From Phyllobates terribilis (lineage: Eukaryota), in the NCBI RefSeq assembly GCF_046119375.1, contig NW_027362879.1:1984001-2048000 (forward strand): DNA of 64,000 nt, in the 5' to 3' direction. A program made the translations under genes and the position numbers. The notes beneath the pieces are model-generated. The model was not told the DNA's origin, made no database searches, and saw only the letters and a list, made by a program, of their open reading frames with translations. Of the stretch, positions 23,775 through 34,502 are shown piece after piece (positions within the stretch are counted from its first letter, which is position 1; each line of letters begins with the position of its first letter).

Positions 23775-24232
23775 TACAACAACACCATGAATAAAATATT
23801 TTATTTGAAATAAACAGAGACCTTTTATTGTTATAAAGTAAACCCTACTTACCTTAATGCCCATTCCAGATGAAGCCAATGTCCCCTGCAATGAAAGTTA
23901 AATAATAAAGCAACCTCATCCTTACCTAACTAGAAACACTAGCGATCTTAGGCCATGGTCCCACTATCAGTATTCTGTCAGTATTTTTTCTCAGGAGTGA
24001 GACAAAATGAGGTGAGGAACAATCAGAGAAAAGGTACAATAGAAACAAGTCACCAATTCCTGCATTTATCCCCCATTGCTGAGAAAAAATACTGACCGAA
24101 TACTGATAGTGGGACCGGGGCCTTAGAATAAAAAACTGCATTGTATTGACATCAGCGGTATAGATTTGAGTAACTAACTCAAAAACGAGGAATAAAGTGC
24201 AGATTTTTGGGGGGCACATGATACAATATATA

Positions 24233-25557
24233 CAGTTGAAATCAGAAGTTTACATACACTATATAAAAAGACACATATGCATGTTTTTCTCAATATCTGG
24301 CATGAAATAAAAATAAACCTTTCCCATTTTAGGTCAATTAGGATTACCATAATTTTTTATATTTGCCAAATGCCAGAATAATGAGAAAGAGAGAATGTTT
24401 TTAAGGCATTTTTATTACTTAATGCAAAGTCAAAAGTTTCCATACATTTCATTAGTATTTGTTGCCATTGCCCTTAAACTGAATGACTTGGGTCTAACGT
24501 TTGGGATATCCTTCCACAAGCTTCTCACAATAGTTGGTCAGAATTTGGGCCCATTTCTCCTAACAAAACTGGTGTAACTGATCCAGGTTTGTAGGTTACC
24601 TTACTTGCACCTGCCTTTTCAGCTTTGCCCATAAATTTTTAATAGGATTGAGATCAGGACTTTGTGATGGCCACTCCAAAACATTGAATTTGTTATCCTT
24701 AAGCCACTTTGTTACCATTTTGGCAGTATGCTTCGTGTCATTGTCCATTTGGAAGACCCATTTCCGCCCAAGTTTTAACTTCCTGGCTGATGTTTTGAGA
24801 TGTTGCTTCAGTATTGCCACATAATCTTCTTTGTTAATGATGCCATCTATTTTGTGAAGTGCACTAGTCCCTCCTGCAGCAAAACAACCCCACAACATGA
24901 TGCAGCCCCCCTATGTTTCACAGTTGGCATGGCGTTCTTAAGCTTCCAAGCTTCTCCCTTTTTCCTCCCAACGTAACAATAGTCATTATGCCAAAAAAGT
25001 TGAATTTTAGTTTCATCAGACCACAGGACGTCTCCAAAAATTAAGGTCTTTGTTCCTGTGTGCATTTCCAAACATTAATCTGGCTTTTTTATGTTTCATT
25101 TGGAGTAATGGCTTCTTCCTGGCAGAGTGGCCTTTCATCCCATGTTGATATAGTACTCGTTTCACTGTGGATATTGACACAATCTTACCAGCTTCCGCCA
25201 TCATCTTCACAAGGTCTTTTGCTTTGGTCCTTGGGTTGATATGTACATGTCGGACTAAAGCACGTTCATCTCTGGGACACAGAACCCATCTCCTTTCTGA
25301 GCGGTATGATGGCTGGACATTCCCATCTTGTTTATACTTGCGTATAATTGTTTGTACAGATGAACGAGGCACCTTCAGGTATCTTGAAATTGTACCCAAG
25401 GATGAGCCAGACAAGTGCAAGTCCACAATTCTCTTTCTGGTATCTTGGCTGATTTCTTTAGACTTTCCCATGATGCTGCACAAAGAAGCAGTGTGTTTCA
25501 GGTGTGCATTAAAATACATCCACAGGTGTGTCTGAGAAGCTTCCAAACACATGACAT
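24233..25557 (-). mobile_element. Sleeping Beauty-like (IR/DR) Tc1, promoter-side IR missing, frameshifted transposase 24452-25471 (copy A)
   Basis: TA+cagttgaaatcagaagtttacatacac; inner DR about 24430; MGKSKEISQDTRKRIVDLH.., WSDETKI, QMDND.KH, QSPDLNPI. Confidence 0.92.
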
Positions 25558-26042
25558 TGTTACGGATCCGGGTGGTGGAACCTCTGTGCTGGGATGCAAG
25601 AAGGGACCAGAGGGGCGTAACTAAGTGCCTACTCTGACCGACCCTGGTCGCACGGCGGCTTAGTTGACTCCGTGAACCAAGGAGGGACCGGGCAGGTGGA
25701 CCAGGTACCACACTGGGACCGACCTTGTGTGAGAACAGGCGACTCCCACGGGTCAGATGGCTGAAGCTGACAGGTACAGCGGGAGAGCACGGCAGGTAGC
25801 CTGACGGGTGATCCGGGTTGGCAAAAAGGCGGGCACGGCAGGTAGCCAGACGGGTGATCCGGGTAGACAGGTTGGCGGGACACGGCTGACAGACAGGCTG
25901 GCGGGCACGGCTGACAGGCTGGCGGGACACGGTTGACAGACAGGCTGGCATGCACGGCTAACAGACAGGTTGGCGGGCACTGGAACCTGAGGGCTGAGGA
26001 GAGTGTTAGCACACAAACAACAAACTTGCACAGGCACCTCCA
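25558..26042 (-). repeat. 3' LTR, R-U5 only (U3 deleted)
   Basis: Matches 30044-30556, then joins directly to chromodomain codons VDWKGF. Confidence 0.9.
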
Positions 26043-29000
26043 AACCCCTTCCAATCCACAAGAAAGAAAGTCTTTCCTCTTACCCTCTTGATGGCCAAAA
26101 TGTTCTCTACCTCAAAGACGTCCTCAGCGGAGACTGGAGCTGGAGCGGTACCTGGATAATCAGAGAAAGAATTAAGGACAACAGGTTTGAGGATAGACAC
26201 ATGAAATGAGTTGGGAATCCGTAAGGAGGCCGGGAGTTTCAGCTTGTAAGCCACTGGATTTATTTGGTTCTGAATCTCGACCGGACCGATGAACCGTGGA
26301 CCCAACTTATATAATGGTATCTTGAGACGGACATATTTGGAGAAAAGCCAGACCTTGTCTCCCAGACGGAATTGAGGCGGATCCAGACGTCTCTTATCAG
26401 CATGCTTCTTCATCCGCTCGGAGGACTGAAGAAGCGCAGATCTAGTGTCTTCCCAAATAACAGAAAATTCACTGACGAGAGACTCCGTGGCAGGATTGTC
26501 CACTGCAGTGGAGACGGGAAACGGAATCCGGGGGTGTTGACTGTAGACCACAAAAAATGGAGACTTAGCAGAGGACTCACTCACAAGGTTGTTATAGGAA
26601 AACTCGGACCAAGGCAGGAGCTCAACCCAATCGCTATTGTGAGCGTTGACAAAGTGCCGAAGAAAGCTGGTAAGGATCTGATTGATACTTTCCACTTGAC
26701 TGAGGATGAGAGGCAGAAGAGAAATCCAAAGAGACATCCAGCAGCTTGCACGCGGCTCTCCAAAAGCGAGAAGTGAACTGAACTCCTCGGTCAGAGACAA
26801 TGTGGAGGGGTAAGCCATGGAGACGGAAGATTTGACGGATGAAGTCCTTAGCCAGCACAGGTGCAGACGGAAGACCAGGCAGAGGGATGAAGTGAGCCAT
26901 CTTGGAGAAGCGGTTGGCGACCACCCAAATGACTGTACAACTGGCCGATACAGGGAGATCCGTGATGAAATCCATTGCAATATGTTGCCACGGAGCGGAA
27001 GGCACGGGAAGAGGAAGGAGGTGACCGGCTGTAAGGTGCCTAGGTATCTTGTTACGGGCACAAGAGGAACAAGTCGAGACAAAATCCGCAACATCCTTGC
27101 GCAGGGTGGGCCACCAACAGTGCTGGGCAATGAGCAGAAGTGTCTTCCTCTGGCCGGCATGGCCAGCCAGTTTGGATGAATGGCCCCAGAGTAAGACCCT
27201 CTTCCGATCTTGAGCCGCTACAAAGGTCTTACCAGTAGGTAGATGGAGGGATCAATGATGTGTAGAGGCTCCTCCTCCAGTTCGGAAGACAAAAAAGAGC
27301 GGGATAGAGCATCGGCTTTAATGTTCTTGTCTGCCGGGCGGTAATGGAGATTGAAGCAGAATCGAGCAAAGAACAAAAACCATCTGGCCTGACGAGGGTT
27401 AAGTCTCTGGGCGGTCTGCAAATACGTGAGGTTTTTATGGTTAGTGTAGATGACCACCGGGTGCAGAGCCCCCTCAAGCAAGTAGCGCCACTCCTCCACA
27501 GTTCTCGATCTTCTATGGAGTAATTAGGCTCGGCCGGAGAGAAGAGTTTGGAGAAGCCGCAGGTCACCATTCGCCCGGACGAGGATTTCTGGGTGAGCAC
27601 TGCTCCGGCTCGGGAGGAAGAGGCATCAACCTCCAGGAAGAACTGTTTATGGCCATCAGGACGGTGTAGCACAGGAGCTGAGGAGAAGGCTTGCTTAAGA
27701 GAGATAAAGGCATTCTCTGACTCAGGAGACCACTCCCTGGGATTTGCTCCCTTACGGGTAAGAGCAGAGATCGGAGCTGTCCGGGAGGAGAAATGAGGAA
27801 TGGAGAGGGGGTAATAGTTAGTGAATCCCAGAAACTGCTGAATAACCTTCAACCCCTCTGGTCGGGGCCACTTTAAGACAGCAGACATGTTCTCGGGATC
27901 CATCCACAGTCTGGTCTCCGAGTTGATATACCCCAGAAATGGCTGGGAGGTCTGCTCAAAGAGGCATTTCTCATACTTAGCATACAGGCGATTCTTCCCG
28001 AGCCTCAGCAGTACCTGACGAACATCCCTCCGGTGAGAGGGCAGATTAGGGGAGAACACCAAGATATCGTCCAGGTACACCACCACGCAGGAATACAGGA
28101 GATCTCGAAAGATATAGTTTACTAACTCCTGGAAGATGGCTGGAGCATTACAGAGACCGAAGGGCATCACGCGGTACTCGTAGTGACGATCCCGGGTGTT
28201 GAATGCAGTCTTCCACTTGTCTCCCTGGCGTATCCGGACCAGATTGTACGCCCCACGCAGGTCGAATTTAGTGAAGACCTTTGCGCCCTTTAGGCGGTCA
28301 AACAGCTCCAAGATGAGTGGCAGGGGGTACTTATTCTTGAAGGTAATCTGGTTGAGGCCCCTATAGTCGATACAAGGACGAAGAGAGCCGTTCTTCTTGA
28401 CGAAGAATAATCCTGCTCCAGCCGGAGAGGTGGATTTCTGGATAAATCCCCTAGCAAGATTTTCTTCAATATATTCAGACATGGCACGGGTCTCGGCCAG
28501 TGACAAGGGGTAGATTCGCCCGTGAGGAGGTGAAGCACCAGGTATTAGATCGATGGGGCAATCATACGGCCTATGAGGTTGTAGTGTCTCTGCCTCCTTT
28601 TTATTAAAAACATCCGCATAGGACCAGTAGGGTGCTGGCAGGCCAGGTAGGTTAGCCGGAGTAGACAGGGGTTGAGCAGGACGAACTGGAACCAGACAGG
28701 TCTTATGGCGTTCCTGACCCCAAAGGAGCACCTCTCCCGAGCTCCAGTTCAGGACGGGCTCATGTCTTTGTAACCAAGGCAGGCCAAGCAAGATGGGATG
28801 AGAGAGACCGGACAGTACGTAAAAGGAGATCTTCTCAGAGTGCAGCATTCCCACCTGAAGAGTTACCGGCTCAGTGACCAGCAAGATGGTTTCAGGGAGA
28901 AGGTTTCCATCCACAGAGGAGACTGCTAAAGTGTCCGCCAGACGTATGGTAGGAATCTGAAAATGCTCCGCAACGGCCTGTTGGATGAGATTCCCAGCAG

Positions 29001-29151
29001 CTCCGGAATCAAGATGGGTAGTCTCAAAAAAGCGGGTCTCACCACTGGTAACGGAAACGGACAGAGTCAAGGGCAGAGAGGAAAAATTCTTGCCTAAGAT
29101 GACCTCTCCGAGCAGTTCTAGACACTGGAGTTTCCCGGTCTCACTGGGCAA
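26043..29151 (-). pseudogene. pol: Chromovirus pol (PR-RT-RH-IN-chromo), frameshifted with deletions
   Basis: HLDSGAAGN, RPCIDYRGLN, FDLRGAYN, MPFGLCNAP, VVVYLDDIL, EVDASS, MDFITDLP, IVSDRG, GPRFIGP, FEVENIL..FLVDWKGF. Confidence 0.93.
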
Positions 29152-30030
29152 GAGCGGATAAGATGCTCATTATTGCCACAATAGAAGCAACTCCCCTCAG
29201 CACGACGGGTCTCCTGGTGAGACTTGACCATCTTGACTTGGTCAATTTGCATCGGCTCTGGAGAAGACACCCGGGGGAGTGCAGGTTGCGAGACTGGACT
29301 TTGGATGACGGGAGCGAGGCGCGGAGGTTTCCTCTCACGGTTCATCTCCTTAGCGCGTTCCAGGAAAAAAATGTCAATCTGGGTAGCTAATAACACCGGG
29401 TCGTCCAGGGAGGGAGATATGTCACGACCGGCTAGCTCATCCTTGATCCGTCCGGAAAGGCCCTCCCAAAAGGTGGACACCAGGGCCTCATTACTCCAGG
29501 CAAGTTCAGATGCGAGGGTTCGGAAATGTACGGCATACTGGCCCACAGTGAGACTCCCTTGGCAGAGTCGGAGAAGTGAGGAGGCAGTAGGAGATTTTCG
29601 TCCAGGCTCATCGAACACCTTCCAGAAGGCCGCGAGGAAAGCCTGAAGATCGGACACCAGAGGATCCCCTCTCTCCCACAAAGGGTTAAGCCACACCAAC
29701 GCCTCTCCAGTGAGGTGAGACATGATGAACGCCACCTTGGCCCTGTCGGAGGTGAACTGGTGTGTCAAGAGTTCAAAGTGCAGCGTGCACTGATTTATGA
29801 AGCCCTGACATAGTACGGGATCACCACCAAAACGTGGAGGCGCAGAGAGCCAGGGTCCACAGCGCCCAGGGTTGAGGTGCCGCTGGAGCGGGTGCCGCTT
29901 GGATAGAGGTGGACACAGTAGGGGTGGACAGCGCGTCCAGATGGGAGTTGACTGTCCGCAGATAGGACAGGATAGTATCCTGTTGGTAAAGGTCAGAGAG
30001 CAAAGGAGCCTGGGAGCCACCGGGTTTCAT
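29118..30030 (-). pseudogene. gag: Chromovirus gag with CCHC knuckle; frameshift near the N-terminus
   Basis: PPRFGGDP..CQGFINQC, KVAFIMSHLTGEALVW, LRLCQG..Y..FRTLASEL.W, PEPMQID, CFYCGNNEHLIRSC; first ATG at 30030 is in another frame. Confidence 0.88.
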
Positions 30031-30043
30031 GGCCTGTGCAAAC

Positions 30044-33000
30044 TGTTACGGATCCGGGTGGTGAAACCTCTATGCTGGGATGCAAGGAGGGACCAAAGGG
30101 GCGTAACTAAGTGCCTACTCGGACCGACCCTGGTCGCACGGCGGCCTAGTCGACTCCGTGAACCAAGGAGGGACCGGGTAGGTGGACCAGGTGCCACACT
30201 GGGACCGACCTTGTGTGAGAGCAGGCGACTCCCACGGGTCAGATGGCTGAAGCTGACAGGTACAGCGGGAGAGCACGGCAGGTAACCTGACAGGTGATCC
30301 GGGTTGGCAAGCAGGCGGGCACGGCAGGTAGCCAGATGGGTGATCTGGGTTGGCGGGCACGGCAGGTGGCCTGACAGGTGATCCGGGTAGACAGGCTGGC
30401 GGGCCCGGCTGACAGACAGGCTGGCGGGCACGGCTGCTAGACAGGCTGGCGGGCACGGTTGACAGACAGGCTGGCGTGCAGGACTGACAGGCAGCGGGAC
30501 CTGAGGGCTGAGGACAGTGTTAGCACACAAACAACAACCTTGCACAGGCACCTCCATTTTGGAGGAGGTGCTTTATATAGGAATGGTCCTTCGGCAAATG
30601 GCCGGGGACTCTTTAGGACGGCGCTCGCGGCCTAAGCACAGTGCCCGGGAAGCTGTGCGCGGTGCGTGGAACAGCAGCAGCAGGTGCAGGGGAGCTGGAG
30701 GATGCCGGACCGGGACTGTGGTGGTGAGGGAAACGGCATCTCTGCCCGCCAGGAGGCTCCGCTCCATACACCTCGTACACATACGGCTTCGCTCCATACA
30801 CCTCGTCCACGCGCGGCGCGTCTCCGCTCCGTACGCATGGTCCACGCGCGGCTCCGCTCCGTACGCCTCGTCCACGCGCGGCTCCGCTCCGTACGCCTCG
30901 TCCACGCGCGGCTCCGCTCCGTACACCTCGTACACGCGCGGCTCCGCTCCGTACACTTTGTACACGCGCGGCTCCGCTACGTACACCTCGTACACGCGCG
31001 GCTCCGCCCCGTACACCTCCGCGTTGCTCCGCTCCGTACACCTCGTACACACGACTCTGCTCCGTACACCTCGTACACGCGCGGCTCTGCTCCGTACACC
31101 TCGTACACGCGCGGCTCTGCTCCGTACACCTCGTACACGCGCGGCTCTGCTCCGTACACCTCGTACACGCGCGGCTCTGCTCCGTACACCTCGTACACGC
31201 GCGGCTCTGCTCCGTACACCTCGTAAACACGCGGCTCCGCTCCGTACACCTCGTCAACACGCGGCTCCGCTCCGTACACCTCGTACACACGCGGCTCCGC
31301 TCCGTACACCTCGTACACACGCGGCTCCGCTCCGTACACCTCGGACACACGGCTTCGCTCCGTACACCTCGTACATGCGCGGTTCCGCTCCGTACACCTC
31401 GTACACGCGCGGCTCCGCTCCGTACACTTTGTACACGCGCGGCTCCGCTACGTACACCTCGTACACGCGCGGCTCCGCCCCGTACACCTCCGCGTTGCTC
31501 CGCTCCGTACACCTCGTACACACGACTCTGCTCCGTACACCTCGTACACGCGCGGCTCTGCTCCGTACACCTCGTACACGCGCGGCTCTGCTCCGTACAC
31601 CTCGTACACGCGCGGCTCTGCTCCGTACACCTCGTACACGCGCGGCTCTGCTCCGTACACCTCGTACACGCGTGGCTCCGCTCCGTACACCTCGTACACG
31701 CGCGGCTCTGCTCCGTACACCTCGTACACGCGCGGCTCCGCTCCGTACACCTCGTACACACGCGGCTCCGCTCCGTACACCTCGTACACACTCGTCTCTG
31801 CTCCGTACACCTCGTACACACACGGCTCAGCTCCGTACGCCTCGTACACACAAGGCTCTGCTCCGTACGCCTCGTACACACTCGTCTCTGCTCCGTACAC
31901 CTCGTACACATACGGCTTCGCTCCATACACCTCGTCCACGCGCGGCGCGTCTCCGCTCCGTACGCATGGTCCACGCGCGGCTCCGCTCCGTACGCCTCGT
32001 ACACGCGCGGCTCCGCTCCGTACGCCTCGTACACGCGCGGCTCCGCTCCGTACGCCTCGTACACGCTCGGCTTCGCTCCGTACACCTCGTAAACACGCGG
32101 CTCCACTCCGTACACCTCGTCAACACGCGGCTCCGCTCCGTACACCTCGTACACACGCGGCTCCGCTCCGTACACCTCGTACACACGCGGCTCCGCTCCG
32201 TACACCTCGGACACACGGCTTCGCTCCGTACACCTCGTACATGCGCGGTTCCGCTCCGTACACCTCGTACACGCGCGGCTCCGCTCCGTACACTTTGTAC
32301 ACGCGCGGCTCCGCTACGTACACCTCGTACACGCGCGGCTCCGCCCCGTACACCTCCGCGTTGCTCCGCTCCGTACACCTCGTACACACGACTCTGCTCC
32401 GTACACCTCGTACACGCGCGGCTCTGCTCCGTACACCTCGTACACGCGCGGCTCTGCTCCGTACACCTCGTACACGCGCGGCTCTGCTCCGTACACCTCG
32501 TACACGCGCGGCTCTGCTCCGTACACCTCGTACACGCACGGCTCTGCTCCGTACACCTCGTACACGCGTGGCTCTGCTCCGTACACCTCGTACACGCGTG
32601 GCTCCGCTCCGTACACCTCGTACACGCGCGGCTCCGCTCCGTACACCTCGTACACGCGCGGCTCCGCTCCGTACACCTCGTACACACGCGGCTCCGCTCC
32701 GTACGCCTCGTACACACTCGTCTCTGCTCCGTACGCCTCGTACACACACGGCTCAGCTCCGTACGCCTCGTACACACACGGCTCTGCTCCGTACACCTCG
32801 TACACACTCGTCTCTGCTCCGTACACCTCGTACACACACGGCTCCGCTCCGTACACCTCGTACACACACGGCTCTGCTCCGTACACCTCGTACACACGGC
32901 TCTGCTCCATACACCTCGCACACACGCGGCTCCGCTCCGTACACCTCGTACACACACGGCTCCGCTCTGTACACCTCGTACACACTCGTCTCTGCTCCGT

Positions 33001-33269
33001 ACACCTTGTACACACACGGCTCTGCTCCGTACGCCTCGTACACACACGGCTCTGCTCCATACACCTCGCACACACGCGGCTCCGCTCCGTACACCTCGTA
33101 CACGCTCGGCTCTGCTCCGTACACCTCGTACACACACGGCTCTGCTCCGTACACCTCGTACACACACGGCTCTGCTCCGTACACCTCGTACACACACGGC
33201 TCCGCTGCGTACACCTCCTACACACGCGGCTCCGCTCCGTACACCTCGTACACACGCGGCTCTGCTACA
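30044..33269 (-). repeat. 5' LTR with minisatellite-expanded U3
   Basis: TATATAAA (minus strand) at 30572-30579; collinear with the solo LTR 54583-56009. Confidence 0.75.
30765..33265. repeat. 30-bp CpG-rich tandem minisatellite (about 2.5 kb, about 83 units)
   Basis: Unit ctccgtacacctcgtacacgcgcggctctg; two units per 60-nt line around 31081-31200. Confidence 0.97.
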
Positions 33270-33364
33270 TCCACACTGTAAACCCCTCCTGACCCCACAC
33301 ATAAACTTCAGCTCATCCAGCACCATGACAACCAGCACAGCAGAGTCCTGCATCCACTGAGGCC

Positions 33365-33470
33365 CCTGATCATGTGACCCCTGACTCCTCCCCTCCTGTG
33401 ACCTCATCACAGCTCCTGTGCGCACAGAGCAGGCATATATGTGGTGGCGGCTCTGCAGGTGGAGGTATGT
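33365..33470 (+). promoter_or_regulatory. Putative promoter / non-coding exon 1 of ZNF gene B
   Basis: TCATGTGAC E-box, ctcctcccctcc box, donor GGAG|gtatgt at 33465; near-identical at 56105-56210. Inferred from position and motifs only. Confidence 0.45.
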
Positions 33471-33654
33471 GGAGACCCCCATTACTGGGCGCAGGGGGCA
33501 TTAACCCCTTCAGCACGGAGACTCTTTTGGGGTCTTGTGTTGCCCCTTTATAAGAATCATAAGGTTTTTGTTCTGTTTCCTGTAATAGATACATACGACC
33601 CAACTATGGAGACAGGAAGGGAGGAAACGTATTGTTCTCATAGTACAGGACCCC

Positions 33655-34495
33655 TTTACTGCCCCCCACAGTGTAATGCCCCCATTATGCCCCTTATACA
33701 GGATGTATGATGCCCCCCCACAGTGTAATGCCCCCATTATGCCCCTTATACAGTATGTGTGATGCCCCCCACACAGTGTAATGCCCCCATTATGCCCCTT
33801 ATGCTGGTTGTATGATGCCCCCACAGTGTAATGCCCCCATTATGCCCCTTATGCTGGATGTATGATGCCCCCACACAGTGTAATGCCCCCATTATGCCCC
33901 TTATGCAGTATGTATGATGCCCCCCCACAGTGTAATGCCCCCATTATGCCCGTTATGCAGTATGTATGATGCCCCCACAGTGTAATGCCCCCATTATGCC
34001 CCTTATGCTGGATGTATGATGCCCCCACACAGTGTAATGCCCCCATTATGCCCCTTATGCAGTATGTATGATGCCCCCACACAGTGTAATGCCCCTTATG
34101 TAGTATGTATGATGCCCCCACACAGTGTAATGCCCCCATTATGCCCCTTATGCAGGATGTATGATGCCCCCCACACAGTGTAATGCCCCTATTATACCTC
34201 TTATGCAGGATGTATGATGCCCCCCACACAGTGTAATGCCCCCATTATGCCCCTTATGCAGTATGTATGATGCCCCACACAGTGTAATGCCCCCATTATG
34301 CCCCTTATGCAGGATGTATGATGCCCCCACACAGTGCAATGCCCCCATTATGCCCCTTATGCAGGATGTATGATGCCCCCACACAGTGTAATGCCCCCAT
34401 TATGCCCCTTATGCAGGATGTATGATGCCCCCACACAGTGCAATGCCCCCATTATGCCCCTTATGCAGTATGTATGATGCCCCCACACAGTATAA
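33655..34495. repeat. 52-bp tandem minisatellite (copy B)
   Basis: Same unit as 1-950. Confidence 0.95.
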
Positions 34496-34502
34496 TGTTC
34501 TC

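Larger units (their letters stand above)
25558..33269 (-). mobile_element. Gypsy chromovirus (sushi/Tf1-like) provirus, defective
   Basis: LTRs beginning TGTTACGG at 25558 and 30044; gag, PR, RT, RH, IN and chromodomain on the minus strand; outer end at GCTACA 33269 is inferred. Confidence 0.92.

Noticed and set aside
25553-25562. Target-site duplication for the chromovirus
   Set aside because: Left flank GACAT versus right flank TCCAC do not match; the outer boundary at 33269/56009 is therefore only inferred.
30517-33482. Very long ORFs on both strands (947, 551, 533 aa etc.) with LRTPRTRAA / YEVYGAEPRV repeats
   Set aside because: Translation of a 30-bp stop-poor minisatellite; open in several frames at once; no non-repetitive domain.
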